A stretch of 64,000 nucleotides of DNA from Chiloscyllium plagiosum (taxonomy: Eukaryota): NCBI RefSeq assembly GCF_004010195.1, contig NC_057751.1:15420241-15484240 (forward strand). Reading direction: 5' to 3'. The position numbers and the translations under genes are program-made. Below the pieces are notes generated by a model that was given only the letters and a program-made list of their open reading frames with translations, ran no database searches and had not been told where the DNA came from. Shown here one piece after another: positions 38,724-53,709 of the stretch. Numbering within the stretch: position 1 is the first letter of the stretch; each line of letters opens with the position of its first letter.

Positions 38724-40884
38724 AAGAAATTAAATATTTCACTTTTCCAAGCACTAATGATGCAACATTTTCTTGTATTAAAAATACATCAAGAGGTCAC
38801 AGACACTGCAGGTACATGATAACATGAATACACAGATTAACTCTCGCAGTCTACCTCGTGTTCTCTGTTCTCCATCACTCTGTCCTTCATTGTCTTTCCA
38901 TCCATGTCCAAACTCACGCCAACCCTTACATGTTCAGCCTCCATTTACCCACCCATCAGTCATTGCTACAGATCCATTGCAAAGGAACCTGATGGATGAA
39001 ACGACTGAGTGGGCTGTTTGGGCAAATGTGGGGTCATCGAGTCATACAGCAAGGAAATAGACTCTTTGGTCTAACTCATGCTTGCCGATCAAGTTTCCCA
39101 AACTAAACTATTCCCATTTTCCTGCATTTAGCCGATATCCTTCGTAAATTTTCTGGCATCTTGGATCCAATATCTGTAAATTAGAGTACTTTGTAAATGG
39201 CTAGGATACATAAGGACACAAGGAATAGAAACAGGAATAGAACATTTGAGCCTGTTCTGTCATTCATTCGGCCATGGATGACTCGAGGCCTGTGTTCCTT
39301 TCAGTGTCACAGGTTGAGAGTTTCTCTCATTCAGATATTCAGGGAATTCAATGGGGTGGGCAGCAATTATTTCTTTTGGTGTAGGATTCAAGATCAAGGG
39401 CTATCATCTGAAAATTAGAGATAGACCTCTCTAGAGTGAAATCAGTTAACAGAAAACACTTTAAATCTCTTTCCTATAAGACTGTCGGTAGAAGAGAGTG
39501 ACTAGTTTTACCAAGGCTGAGATATTTGATTATTGTTAAGCAAAGGTATCAAGGATATATCATCAATGTTTACCACTAGTGCAAACCATATCGCCTGAAA
39601 TAGCAAGAGCACTTAATTTGAGAGCATAAACATTGCTGGAATTGACTGTAATGCTAATGGCTGAAGTTATTTGCCTGACATGTTAAGCATTAACCATGTA
39701 AGTGGAGGAATAAAAATTGAAACAGCAGTAGGTGGAGATGTGCATGTGTGGTTACACATAGAACAGCCATAATTATCTTAAATGGTGGAGCAGGCTTGAG
39801 GGGCTGAATGGCCCACTCCTGCTCCTTGTTTGTACGCACTGCAGGTGCCTGCTCGCTTTTAAAGTCTAAAAATACTGATCTCAATGTTTCAAGAGCCATA
39901 TTGATCCTGGGACATGGTTAGAACATTGATCACAAGGATAAATCATGGTGTAATCAAGAGCACATGCCAGCCTCAAGAGGAGAGGGTGGCCATTTTGGTT
40001 TGAGACAAGGGTAAATTACTTCAGTGTGAGGTGCTGAGCATGACTGAGCCTATTTGTGAAGGAGCTTCTTTATTTCTACACACAGAGCTTGCTACACCAT
40101 TCAAGTACACCCAGCCCCTTTCCGAGTTGATACGTCTTTAAACATGTTTTAATCCAATTACCCAACGACTTCCCAAAACCTGGTTTCCTGATTCAATATT
40201 TAATTCAAAGGAATTCAGTATCCAAAGAGCAAAATCACATTCTAATATGAGGGTGTTCGATGCTGCATTGTGGAGTACACTTAAATCTGAGTTTGAAGCA
40301 TTTTCATTTCTTAGGAAATCAAGGGAGATGTGGAGTGGGCAGCAAAGTGGAATTGAGGCAGGAAATTAATCATAACCGTTTCTGAATGGTGCAGCAGGTT
40401 TGAATGATCTATCCCAGTTTTTACTTACGTTCTTAAGGAATCCAATAGTTGAGAAACAATCCTTTTCCAAAAAAACACAATACAACTTTCCCACTTGCCC
40501 CTCTGCTTTTTGTGAATTTAAACAGTTTTGTACCCAAGAAGCTTTGACATCAGTGAAAAAGGCACAGAAGTGGATGAGGTGGAAAACCTTTCAAACTTGG
40601 TAACCCTATGTCCAAATCCTCTTAATATTAATGGGAGATGGAGGCTTTGTCATCTTACGCGTCACATGTTGTAACGTCTAAACATAAAAATGGTACTTAC
40701 AGCCACACTGATTCAAGTAGAATACCACCTTGAGTTCAGTATTGAAAACCAATCAGAACATTATCAATTTTGACACTCATGACAAACTGTCCCTTTTTGT
40801 CCATTTTTTTCTCCCATTTCTCTCTAACAGGCACAGCAATAAGGTGAAATCACAATGCCAAATAATGAGAATATAATTCAACAT

Positions 40885-41430
40885 GCATTTCTTGGCCACT
40901 TTTGGAATATTGTGTGCAATTCTGGTCTCCTTCCTATCGGAATGATGTTGTGAAACTTGAAAGGATGTTGCCAGGGTTGGATGATTTGAGCTTCAGCAAG
41001 AAGCTGAATAGGCTGGGGCTGTTTTCCCTGGAGCATCGGAGGCTGAGGGGTGACCTTATAGAGGTTTATAAAATCTTGTGGGGCATGGATAGGATAAATA
41101 GACAAGGTCTTTTCCCTGGGTGGGGGAGTCCAGAACTAGATGGGCATAGGTTTAGGGTGAGAGGGGAAAGTTATAAAAGGAACCTAAGGGGCAATACTTT
41201 CATACAGAGAGTGGTGTTGGCATGGAATGAGCTGCCAGAGAAAGTGCTGAAGACTGGTACAATTACAGCATTTAAAAGGCATCTGGATGCAGACATGAAT
41301 AGGAAGAGTTTAGGAGGACATGGGCCAAGTGCTGGCAAATGAGACTACAGTAGGTTAGGATATTCTGGTTGACATGGACGGGTTGGACTGAAGTGTCTGT
41401 TTCCAAGCTGTATATCTCTATGACTCTATG
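40885..41430 (+). mobile_element. CR1 3' fragment
   Basis: LEYCVQFWSPSYRNDVVKLER...RGDLIEVYKIL...WNELPE; tail tctatgactctatg. Confidence 0.92.
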
Positions 41431-42029
41431 CTTTCCTTGCCAGTTAACTCAGTTTCTTTTGGGCTAAGGAGGCCAGTATAATTATTTATAAACAGACAAT
41501 TTTTTCGCAAGATTAATTTTGTATCTATTCATGGGATGTGGGCATTGCAGGCTAGGCCAGCATTTACTGTCCATCTCTAACTGCCCTTGAGAATGTGTCA
41601 TTTCTGAACCCACATTTAGTGAATACAACTCCATAACACTTAACAGATGGTTCGGAACTGCTAATCTTTAATTTGTTTCCTCAATGACTTTACATTCAAA
41701 CCAGCCAAGGGTTATTCATACTTCCAAATGTTCAGTGATCAATACTTTTAACATTGAATCGTACTTCCGTACTCAACAAAGGCTATCTATATGACAGTCT
41801 TGGGAACATTAATAGCGATGTTGCAAACCAAGTCTTGAAGTTAGTCTGAGACATGATATGCTCTTGACTAACCCTTTCCTTGCAACTGGGATCATGCAAG
41901 TACCACATTGGGATGATGTTTGCAGGACTTTTCCCCTTACTTCAATGGGGTCATAACCTTGTAAGCGCATGGCAGAAAGAGAATGCCCAAGGGCTGAAGG
42001 AACAGATGGATAATTTCATTGAATGTTTA

Positions 42030-42831
42030 CAGAATATGGAGTTTAATCCAGGCAAGCGTGAGGTGTTGCACTTTGGGAGATCAAATGTTAAGGGAAAGTA
42101 TATAGTTAATGGCAGGACCCTTAACAGCATTGATGATCTTGGAATCCTAATCCATAGCCCTCTGGAAAGGTCCACACAAGTACACAGGGTGGTAAAGAAA
42201 TGTATAGAATGCTTGCCTTTATTGGTCAGGGCATTGAGTACAAGAGTCCAAAGAGATGTTGCAGCTTCACAAAGTTTTGGTTATGCCACACTTAGATATT
42301 GCATTCAATTCCAGTCACCACGCTATAGGAAGGTTGTGGAGGCTTTGGAGAAGGTGCAGAAGAGGTTTATCAGAATGCTACTCGAATTCAAGGGAATAAG
42401 TTAAAAAGAGAGGCTGGACAAACTAGGATTGTTTTCTCTGACGTGGCAGAGGCTGAGAGGAGACCCGATAGAAGTATATGACATTATGAGAGGTATAACC
42501 TTTTTCAGAACCTGGACAGTCAGAACCTTTTTCAGAGTTGAAATGTCTATTACTAGAGGACATGCATTTAAGATAAGAGAGGAAAGTCCAAAGGAAATGT
42601 GAGGGGCAAGTTTTTTTACACGGAGGGTGGTGGGTGCCTGGAAAATACTGCTGGGGTAGAGGTGGAGGCAGACACGATAAAGGGGTTTTAAGGGCTTTTA
42701 GACAAGCATGTGAATAAGCAAGGAATGAAGGGATGTGGACCAAGGGCAGGCAGAAGGGATTAGTTTGGCATCATGTTCGGCACAACATCGTGGGCCGAAG
42801 GGCCTGTTCCTGTGCTGTACTGTTCTATGTT
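42030..42831 (+). mobile_element. CR1 3' fragment
   Basis: MEFNPGKREVLHFGRSN...YRKVVEALEKVQKRFIRML; tail tgttctatgttct. Confidence 0.9.
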
Positions 42832-43299
42832 CTAACAGAAGGCACACATGTTCAAGTTGGCTCGCTGCAAGATCAACCCAGCTAACCCCACTCACTGACC
42901 TGTTCTCCTTAGCTCTGCAGGTGTTTCTGCTTTAAGTAATGATTCAATCCTTTCTCGAAAGCCTTCTTTGAACCTGCTTCCACCACATTCCCAGGCACCG
43001 TTTCCAAATCCGAACCACTCATTACGAGAAAATGTCTTTTCTTCGGTCACTGTTACTTCTTTTGTCAATCACCATGAAAGGATATTCAACAGGTTGCAGA
43101 ATGCACTGTTTTTTCTGCAATGAACAATTTGTGCATAAAGACTGTTCAATGTGTGGCTATGAAATATCCAACTTAATTAGTGGACTGACTCCACTCACAG
43201 GAACTTGTCGGGCCTCGGGCAAGTTTTAATTCCAAGATGAGTTTCTGGAAGCATAACCTTTCCATGACCAGAACTTTTTCCCATCTATAACTGTGATCA

Positions 43300-43885
43300 A
43301 TTCTACACTTGACTCAGCTTATCGCTGCTGAAACCTTCAACCATCCCTTTGTCACCTCTAGACTTGACTGTTCTGACATGCCCCAGTCAGCCTCCCATTT
43401 TTCACCTTCCAACAAATGCAACCCATTCAAAGCCCCGCTGCCTGTATCCGAACTTGCACTGACTACAATTCAGACATTCAGCCACATTCGCTGACAACTT
43501 CACCTCCTGGTTTGGCATCGTCACCATTTTAAAATGTTTTTAATTCTCTCTACAGTCTCATCCATCCCAGTATCTGTAACCTCCAACAGCCCCACAACCC
43601 TTCCAAGATTCTGTGCATCTTTTAATTCTAGCCTTTTGAACGTTCTGGATTTAGATCCACCTTTGGGGCTTATACCTACAGTTCCTTGCACACTACATTC
43701 TGCAATTTCCTCCATACACCTCTCAGTCTCTCCTCCTTTAAAACGTTCCATAAAAGCTCCTTTTGAGTCAGCTTTTCATCATTCCTACGCAGCTCAGCAT
43801 CAACTATTTCTTGTAGTGATCCAATAAAGTGCCTTGGAGATGTTTTACTATGCCAAAGGTGCTCCTAAATGCAAGTTGTAGCTGT
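43300..43885 (+). mobile_element. L2-type LINE 3' fragment; a similar minus-strand piece lies at ~63050-63600
   Basis: AAETFNHPFVTSRLDCS resembles the L2 C-terminal AETLIHAFVTSRLDYCN; tail aaagtgccttggagatgttttactat...aaatgcaagttg. Confidence 0.65.
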
Positions 43886-43937
43886 TCAGTTTTGAGAGAA
43901 TTCGCACTTCTCTGAAGCAGTACTGAGGATAAAGTAG

Positions 43938-44201
<264 letters not shown>

Positions 44202-44913
44202 TAATTGCTGATCATTTCTGTGGATTACAGACTGTTTATTCATTTAACTTTCGATTTAGGTTTGATAAAGCTCTTGCTCTAGAAATCATCTGATAGACTC
44301 TTGCATCCTAAGGCTAACACTAATACTTGAGTTTATTTCAGATAATACACAGAAGCTGATAGTGGAAAGCTGGAAATTGGAAAGCTTGGAACTGCTTCTT
44401 TGAATTCTGTGTAATTATCTTAAGTGAAAATAAACTCAACTATTTGTGTTAACCTGAATATAACAAATTGAGAGGAAGCATCTATCTAAATGGGCACAGC
44501 TCTCAGGCTGTTCGTAAAGTCTAATTAAATTCTGAGCTCTGATCATAACAGAACTGAATGACTTTTCTCATTCACATCCATCTTATGATCTTGTGACAAC
44601 TCTTCTGAGCTAAGTTAAACATGATGCTTTCCCCTCGTCAGCAACAGCAATAAGCAAACAGGAACTGTGCCTACTAATGAAACACAAGGTAACCAAAAGC
44701 AACATCCGAAAAGAATAAAGATATTGATTCTAGCTGACCCAGATGGCTGCAGCAGGAACAGTGTATTGATGAGAAGGCAGCTAAAAGATTGCAACAACCA
44801 TCTCTGACTGAAGCAAGGAAAACATTCTGATTGAAACTTTATTTCCATATATGACCAAAATAGCAGCTAAAACCAGAAAGGACTTCAGTGGGACATAATT
44901 ATTTCCTTGGAAG

Positions 44914-45220
44914 TGAGAGAGAGAGAGAGAGAGAGAGACATACACAAAGATTGAGACAGAAAAAAAAGAGGCTGAGTGTCACAGAGAGAACAAAAAGAGA
45001 GAGACAGAGACACAGAAAGAAGGAATGACAGAAACAGAAACAGGGAGAGAGAGGGGGAGGAGGGTGCAGAAAGACACAGACAAAATAAGAAAAAAAAGAG
45101 ATAAACAGAGTTAGAGACTGAGAGAAACAGACAGGCAATGACAATATAGAGACAAGGAGACAGAGACACACACAAATAAAGAGGCAGAATGAGACAGGGA
45201 GAAAGAGAAAGAGAGGATAG
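44914..45220. repeat. GA/AC-rich low-complexity tract
   Basis: (GA)n followed by degenerate gagacaga units. Confidence 0.85.
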
Positions 45221-46184
45221 AAATGGTGACAGCTGGACACAGCAAGTGAGGGAGTACAAACAATGCTGGTACAAATGGCTCAAACACTCTCCATTTCTAC
45301 GAAGTCCTTGTTGCAGTGAAGGCTGCCAGGTAAGACTGGATGTCTTGCTTCAGATCTGGCTAGTTCTTGCTATGCTCACTCTTCCTCAATACAATGACTC
45401 CGATACATAGTTAGGCTGAGATTTATGAATGCACCCCCTTCTATCCACTTACATAATGACCTACTGTACTGAAGGTGTGGACTCATGCTGGGTCAAGCTG
45501 TACAAACCAGAACTGCTTTACCATTCCTGGGAGGAGAGCAAGAACCATTCAGCAGAAACCTGCAGATGGGAGACAGTAGCCAGGTGCTGTGAGCTTGGCG
45601 CATTTCCCGCATGAGTTATTAACACCTGAAGATTTTCGCTTCCCCACTGAGAGCCATATGGCTGACAGAGATGGAGAGAGGGTGCACAAACCAAGGTTCT
45701 GCTTCACATTGCAGCAAGTTGTGGCCGAGCCAGCCAAGGATGGAGAGCTGGCGAAGACTAAGTCGTACAACAGAGAGATATTGTTTGTTCCTCTCTCCTC
45801 CAGCTGAGGCTACACCTGCTGAATATGAAGAAGGTTGTTTCACAATTTGAACAGGGCTCAGAGATTCCCGTCCCTCCAGCTCATTCGCTCTCACTTGTCG
45901 ACAATATGTGTGGGCTAGAAAACAATTAATCACAATTGATCAGAAGCTGCCCCCAGGGAACATTGCTGCTATTACACATTACTTATTGTAATGATTTGGA
46001 ATGAAAGCCATCAGCTCCTGTCTAATTGCACTGGCATTCTCCCACTTTGCAGCTCACTCAAACCCCCGCAATGGAAACATCATTTGCACTCTGGGGGCGT
46101 CTGACTGACACAGATTGATTTCTTACATAATCAGCCACGATTCACGTGGGATGTTTTCTCTAACCAGCTTGACACAGGTGATGT

Positions 46185-48005
46185 GTCTGCAGTTCACTCC
46201 AAGGTATCTGTTATTCTATATATAAACAACCCGAAACCCTCAATTAGTTTCCAGTCTGTAACTCACTCTCGGGTACTTGTTATTCTATAAATAAACATCC
46301 TGAAACCCTCAATTATCTTCTAGTCTGTAACTCACTCTCGGGTACCTGTTATTATATAGATAAACAACCTGAAACCCTCAATTAGTTTCCAGTCTGTAAC
46401 TCACTCTCGGGTACCTGTTATTATATATATAAACAACCTGAAACCCTCAATTAGATTCTAGTCTGTAACTCACTCTCGGGTACCTGTTATTATATATATA
46501 AACAACCTGAAACCCTCAATTAGTTTCCAGTCTGTAACTCACTCTCGGGTACTTGTTATTCTATAAATAAACATCCTGAAACCCTCAATTATCTTCTAGT
46601 CTGTAACTCACTCTCGAGTACCTGTTATTATCTCGATAAACAACCTGAAACCCTCAATTAGATTCTAGTCTGTAACTCACTCTCGGGTACCTGTTATTAT
46701 TTAGATAAACAACCTGAAACCCTCAATTAGATTCCAGTCTGTAACTCACTCTCAGGTACCTGTATTTTTATATATTAACAACCCTAACCCTCCATTTGAT
46801 TCCATTCTGTAACTCACTCTCAGGTACCTGTATTTCTATATATTAATAACCCTAACCCTCCATTAGTTTCCAGTCGGTAACTCATTCCTGGGGATCTGTC
46901 ATTCTACATATAAACCAACCAGAACCCCTTGATTTGTTTCCAATGTGCAACTCGTCCCCTGGTATTGTTATTCTATATATAAACCATCCTGAAGCCCGAG
47001 ATTAGATCCCTGTCTGTAACTCACTCCCGTGTGTGGGTCAAAGCACAGGCAAATGGAACTAATTTAGTTTGGGATTATGGTTAGCATGGATTGGTTGGAT
47101 CAAAGGGACTGTTTCTGTGCTGTATAACTCTATGATTATTCAATATATTAACCACACTGAATCTTCAATTAGATTCCTGTCTGTTACTCGCTGCTGGGTA
47201 TCTGTTCTATATATACATCATCTCAACCCCTTAATTAGATCTAAGACTGTAATTCACACCTGGATTTGTATACACTAACAACCCGAACACCTCAACTAGA
47301 TTCTTGCTTGTTACTCATTTCTGGATTTCTGTTATTCGAGATATAAAGTCCCTTCCCTCCACCCCTAATTAGATACCGTCTATATCTCATTCCCATACCT
47401 GGTTATCTGTTATTGTACACAGAACACCATGAACCCCACCACTAGTTTCCAACTCTGTAGCTCACTCCCAGGTATTTGTTATTCTATATATAAAGCAAAT
47501 CGAACCCTCAACTCACTGCCAGCTACCTGTTGTTCTGTGAATAAACCACCAGAATTCCTCAATTTGAAACCAGCCTGTAATTCACTGCTGGGTTTCTGTT
47601 CTTCTACAAAAAAAACACCTAGACCCCTGAATTAGATTTCCTGTTTCTCACTCAGTCTGGTTGCCTATTATTCTATATATTAACAACCCGAACACTTCAT
47701 TAAATTCCAGTCTATAATTCACTGCCATGTATGTCATTCTACATATAAACCAACCAGAAAACTTTGATTCCTTTCCAATCTGTAGCTCACTCCCAATTAT
47801 CTGTTATTCTATACATAAACCAACCAGGACCCCTCAATTTGTTTGCAACCTGCAATTCATTCCTGGGTGTCTGTTATTCTGTATATAAACCATCTGAACC
47901 CCTCAATTTGAATCCAGTCTGCCAATTACTCCCAAATATCTGTTATTCTCTCTATAAACCACATTGTACCCTCAAATGGATTCTGGTCTACAACCCATTC
48001 CTGGC
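46185..48005. repeat. 69-bp minisatellite in the first coding intron of PHYHIP; homogeneous core ~46200-46800, degenerate tail, CR1 tail inserted at ~47030-47135
   Basis: gggt anchors at 46271, 46340, 46409, 46478, 46547. Unit acctgttattatatagataaacaacctgaaaccctcaattagtttccagtctgtaactcactctcgggt. Confidence 0.93.
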
Positions 48006-48819
48006 TACTGATACATGACAGTTTGCACGAACAGCAATGTGCTGTTACACCATACACATGCCCCTTGTGCTCCCCGTATTGGCTTATCAAAGGCACCATT
48101 TCTTCTACTGATGCATTTAATGTCTATATTTAAAAGCTGGATGCTTTGCATCTTTATAAAATCCTGACTTGTGAAAAATACTGAGGTCGATGAAGGATAT
48201 CAAAGCCTTGTCATTTCTGATAGCTAATTTGTTTTATTTCTCCCCTCCCTTGCTTCAACCTGCATTCCAGTTTCACAAAAAACGGCTCCACAAGCATCTG
48301 TTGCCTTGGAAACCATCGTACATAGCTGAATTCCTGGCAGAATCTAGCCTCAGATTATTACTGTATCTGCTAGATATGAACAGAGGTAGCAGTTCACAAT
48401 TCCCTCACATTCAATGTCCTCACACTCAGGAGTATATGAATATTTGCTATAATCACAATCACATAGGGTCTGAAGAAAATCTCTTTCCTGTGATGTTGGT
48501 GGAAGGATAAATTTGAGACAAAATACCTGCTTGACTTTGATTTAATGCAATGAGATTTTATATCTCTGCCCAAGAAGGCAGCTGGGGCTGCAGTTTGTAC
48601 CAGACTGCAATAACCTTGATATCCACACTCAGGTCCTGCACTGCGATTCAAGTGCACAGCCATGTGACTCAGAGGCAAGAGGTCTACCAACTGAGCCACA
48701 GCTGACACAATGAACAAGGCAGAAACAATGATTGTTGAATTCTTGATTACCAAATTCATAATTCATGAGCATGTATTAAATTTATAGTGCACCTGCCTTA
48801 TATGGGTATCACAATTTAA

Positions 48820-49900
48820 GAATTAGGAGCAAATGATTAAGGCCATTTGGCTCCTCGAACCTGCTCCACGTTCACTAAGATCATGAATGGTCTGACTGTG
48901 GCCTCAATTTCACATTTCCACCTACCCTGTGAGACCCATTAACCTTTTAGTTAATCAAGAATCTATCTACCTCGGACTTTAAAATATTCAATGTCCACGC
49001 TTTTACCATTCTCTGAGGAAGAGACTTCCCAATACATACAATCTTCTGACAGAAAAGCATTTCTCCTCATCTCTGTTCTTAATTGGAGACAATCGCTGCA
49101 CCCTGCACCCCCCAACCACTATTGACAAGCTGTCACTCTCTCACATGGGTAAACATTGTCTCAGTTTCTTTCTTGTCAATTCCCCTCAGGATCTTCCATG
49201 CTCAGTACAATTGCCCAGCTTGTCCAACCTTTAAAATAAACCATTTTGCGCCCCCAACCCCGCAACCCCAACAACCTGGGGGCCAGTTAAATGAACCTTC
49301 TATGCATTGTTCCTGAGACCAAAGCTGTACATTCCCGATGCAGACACTGGACCCTGTACTATGGTAGCAACACTTATAGAGTCATAGAGATGTACAGCAT
49401 GGAAACAGACCCTTCGGTCCAACCCGTCCATGCCGACCAGATATCCCAACCCAATCTAGTCCCACCTGCCAGCACCCGGCCCATATCCCTCCAAACCCTT
49501 CCTATTCATATACCCATACAAATGCCTCTTAAATGTTGCAATTGTACCAGCCTGCACCACTTCATCTGGCAGCTCATTCCATACATGTACCACCCTCTGC
49601 GTGAAAAAGTTGCCCCTTAGGTCCCTTTTATATCTTTCCCCTCTCACTCGTTTAGACTCTATTCCCTTCACAATACATGCATTTGCCTTCTTAATCACTT
49701 GCTGCATCTCTATACAAACCTGTTTTGTGATTCATGTACCAAGATGTCCAGATTCCTGTGTTCTGTAGAATTCAGAGTTGCTGTCCATTCAAAGACTGTC
49801 CTTCCATTCTTTTTGCTGAAGTAGACAAATGTACATCGCAGTGTACTCTACTAACCAAAATTTCCCCCGCTTGCTTAATTTAGTTCCCTTTGTAGACTCT
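48820..49900 (-). mobile_element. Old CR1 remnant with a younger CR1 3' end nested at 49376-49648
   Basis: Minus ORF RGNFFTQRVVHVWNELPDEVVQAG; flanking decayed CR1 sequence on both sides. Confidence 0.8.
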
Positions 49901-50229
49901 TAAACTACCTTGTCCTTCTGATGACCACTTGTCCTGAGGACAACAGCAGAGGCAAACTGAGAATATTGCTGCTTGTGACTAAACTGAGTGAAGATGAACT
50001 GAAGGTGGAAGTCCAGTAAAAATGCATGTCCAATGATTTCTTGGACTCAAACACTCACCAATGTCACACCTCACTGCATCTTCAGTGACAAAACCAAAGC
50101 AGAAAATGTTGGAATACCCAGGACTGCCAACATCTGCAATGAGGAACAATATCAGTAACGATATTTGAAGATTTTTAATTTTCAATCTTGTCAGTCCCAT
50201 TCTACCCCTGGAGTCCTGATGGTTATTTT

Positions 50230-50730
50230 TTTCCTCTGAATCACCTGTCCAAATTTCTTTTGAAATCATTCATCTCCTCTGCTTTCACCACTCTGGTAAA
50301 CAGCGAGTTCCAGTTCATTAGCATCCAGTATCTAAAACAATTCTGGCTCCCATTTGGCGTGTATTAATTGCCAAATAGTTTAAATCTCTCTTTCTTCACA
50401 ATCAACCCAGTCCTTGTGCCATCAGCTAATGGGAACAGCTTTCCTTTGACTACTTTACCTAAGCCTGCCATAATCTTGTTCATCCCTATCAAAACTCCTT
50501 GACTCCTCAATCTCCTCTTCCCTGAGTGGATCAACCCCAGCTTCTCGAACCTAACTTTGTTGCTAAAATTCCCCACCCCAGCAACCATTCTGGTCAATCT
50601 CCTTTCACACTCTCACATCCTTTCTTAAGTATGGTGACCAGAACTGGACTCAGTTCTCTCGTTCGAGCCTAACTAGAGCTTTGTAAAGAATCAGCGACTC
50701 TACCTGTTTTTGTACTCAATACTTATATTT
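50230..50730 (-). mobile_element. Old CR1 3' fragment
   Basis: TRMVAGVGNFSNKVRFEKLGL...KLFPLADGTRT. Confidence 0.7.
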
Positions 50731-51706
50731 GTTCTAGGACTCTGCTTATTATGGCTTGGTGATGATTGGGCATTAGGCAGGAACTTGGGCCTGGCTTGTA
50801 TTGAACGTGACTGGAGAAAGATCAAGTAGCAAAAATATGAAACAGAGAGTGGAAACATACAATTAGTCCCTTTAATCTATTGTGGAACATGAGTTTAGCT
50901 GGCAAGGCCAATGTGCATTTCCACCCTTAAATGCCTTTGAACCGAGCGCTTTGCTCAGTCATTTCAGAGGACAGGTGAAGAATTAACCACATTGCAGTGG
51001 GTCTGTGAGTTACATGTAGGCCAGACTGGGTATGGATGGCAGATTTCCTTCTTTGACAGGCTACAGTGAACCAGTCTGCATTGTGGTAAAGAATAAAGCT
51101 TACACCTAACCAGAAAACTGCAAAGGCGATGGCATTATAACACTGTTCCCTGTGTTGATCATTGTTTCCCTGTGCAGACACCAAACCCGTCACAAGCAGT
51201 TGAGCGCTCATTTAACTGCAGTAATGAAGGCTGTGAAGAAACCATTATCCTACAGAAAACGAAGTTCAGGCTGTAATGTAAGATACGCTCTGCTGAGCTT
51301 AATTGGAATTCAAAGTCTCTTGGCTGAGGCACCTCCACATACTGAACTGATCATATAGTCCTTCACGGGTCAGTGAGAAGCTCCCTGCTTCTTTGCCTGG
51401 ACCTCATTAAGCAAAGCTATATCGGGTCGGTGCACTTAGTAGTGTCACGCACTGCAACAAGGCAAAATGGCTCCATGATTTGCCGAAATCACAAATGAAG
51501 AAGAACTTTGACCCAAAAGGTTGGGGAGGTCAGGGGGACAGAGACGATTTTGCAAGATTGGATCATCACAATGTAAAATGCGATTCTGTATTTTAGACAT
51601 TGCAAATGAAGTCAAAAGAAAACCACTTGAATGTTCACGGCAGTTTCTTTTCCAAGCATCCTCAGTATCCGAAGTATTTTTAGAGGACAGCATTCCAGAT
51701 TTTAAT

Positions 51707-52510
51707 CAAAGCAAAGAACTGCGGTCACTGGAAATCTGAAGCAAAAACAGAAATTGCTGGAGAAACTCAGCAAGTTTGGAAGCATCTATGGAGAGAAAAG
51801 AGAGTCCAGTGTCCCTCCTATAAGAAAGATTTTGTGAAACTTGAACCCTTTCCAAGGATGTTGCCAGGGTTGGAGGGTTTGAGTTACAGGGAGAGGCTGA
51901 GTAGGCTGGGGCTGTTTTCCCTGGAGCATCGGAGGCTGAGGGGTGACCTTATTAGAGGTTTATAAAATCATGAGGGGCACGGAAACAGTGTACAGTCAAG
52001 GTCTTTTTCCCCATGGTAGTGGAGTCCAAAACTAGAGGGTAGAGGTTTAGGGTGAGAAGGGAAAGATTTAAAATGGACCAGAGGGGCAACGTTTTCACGC
52101 AGAGGGTGGTGTGTGTAATGAATGAGCTGCCAGAGGAAGTGGTGGAGGCTGGTCTATAAGGCATCTGGATGGGTATATGAAAGGGAAGGGTTTAGAAGGA
52201 TATGGGCCAAACCCTGGCAAATGGGATGAGATTAGGTTAGGATATCTGGTCAGGCTGAAGGATCTGTTTCTCCACTATACAACTCGATAACTGTGACTCC
52301 AGTGACCCTTCCTCAGAAGCAGTAGTAGCTCAGACTATTCACTCATTCCTTTCCTCCGTTCCCTGTCTTTAGCACATACATTGCCTTTTCCTAAGTATTG
52401 TTCTGAAGAAGGGTCACTGGACTCGAAATGTTAACACTGCTTTCTCTGCAAAGATGCTGTCAGACCTATTGAGTTTCTCCAGCAATTTCTCTTTTTGTCC
52501 CTGATTTTAA
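51707..52510. mobile_element. Inverted pair of Penelope-like termini (family 3) with a CR1 fragment (~51820-52295, +) inserted in the left arm
   Basis: agaaattgctggagaaactca is inverted as tgagtttctccagcaatttct. Hammerhead core at 52399-52436. tccagtgWccct is duplicated at 51805 and 52298 around the CR1. Confidence 0.75.
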
Positions 52511-53237
52511 ATACCTTATGGTGTGATGAAGTGCTTCTTGACACCTCCACCCGAAAACTCTAGCTCCAATTTTCAGTTTATTTTCCCCTTTTTTCTGGGC
52601 TTACCTCATTAAATGATATAGCACAACTTAAAACTAATTTGTCATTTCAACCCCCTTGATAAGATTATCCTGCAACCCTCCCTCTGTCTCTCTCTCTGTG
52701 TACAATTACCATTTCCAGACAGCACACTGGCAACTGGGGACCTCTGTGTTGATCCATGCTAACATCCAGCAAAGTACAGCAATAGTTTACTGTTGTCTTT
52801 TGCAATCAGGAATGTCCTTGTGTAGCCTGCCACTGAAACATATTAATCCTCAACCTACCTGGTCGCACTGTCAATGCAGCGTCCTTGGCTCTTAAGTCCA
52901 TGGGTGGAAGCCAAACTCCGAGCTTCTGTTGGCCCGTATCCCAGTGTAGCTATCCACTGTGTCACTTGGACTGCTTTCACTCTCGTCTTCCACCTTAAAC
53001 ATCTTCCTTCTCAATCTTCTCCGCAAACAGCCTGAAACATTTTGCCCTCTCGGCACTGATATCATTACGGTGAACAGGCAATATATCTCCTCCGGTTACA
53101 AGATATTCTGCAAAGTGGAGATGTCCACACAGGGTTGATCAAAGAAGCTGAACAAGCAAGACTTGCAACCGTTTGTACTCCAGCTGTCTAGGCATTCAGA
53201 CCAAAATCGCACCACTCATTAGGTCCTGCATGTATAG

Positions 53238-53537
<300 letters not shown>

Positions 53538-53709
53538 TAATGGGATTTGGGTGACAACAGCAAGTGCAGCTTTAGTTGCCTGCTCTTGGCATTAAACTGG
53601 ATGGCTTGCAGTGCCATCTTAGTTAAGAGTCACCCACTTTGCTATTGGTCTGTCGTCCCATTTGGGCCAGACCGGGTATGAACATAGATTTACCCCCCCA
53701 AAAAGACAC

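Noticed and set aside
41880-42404. 174-aa ORF and other 110-150-aa ORFs (3125, 19943, 40902, 55274)
   Set aside because: They are fragments of CR1 ORF2 from truncated, mutated copies, not host genes.
46185-48005. CRISPR-like array (also considered for the 21.4 and 59.2 kb arrays)
   Set aside because: The units are contiguous tandem copies with no unique spacers, there are no cas genes, and the context is vertebrate.
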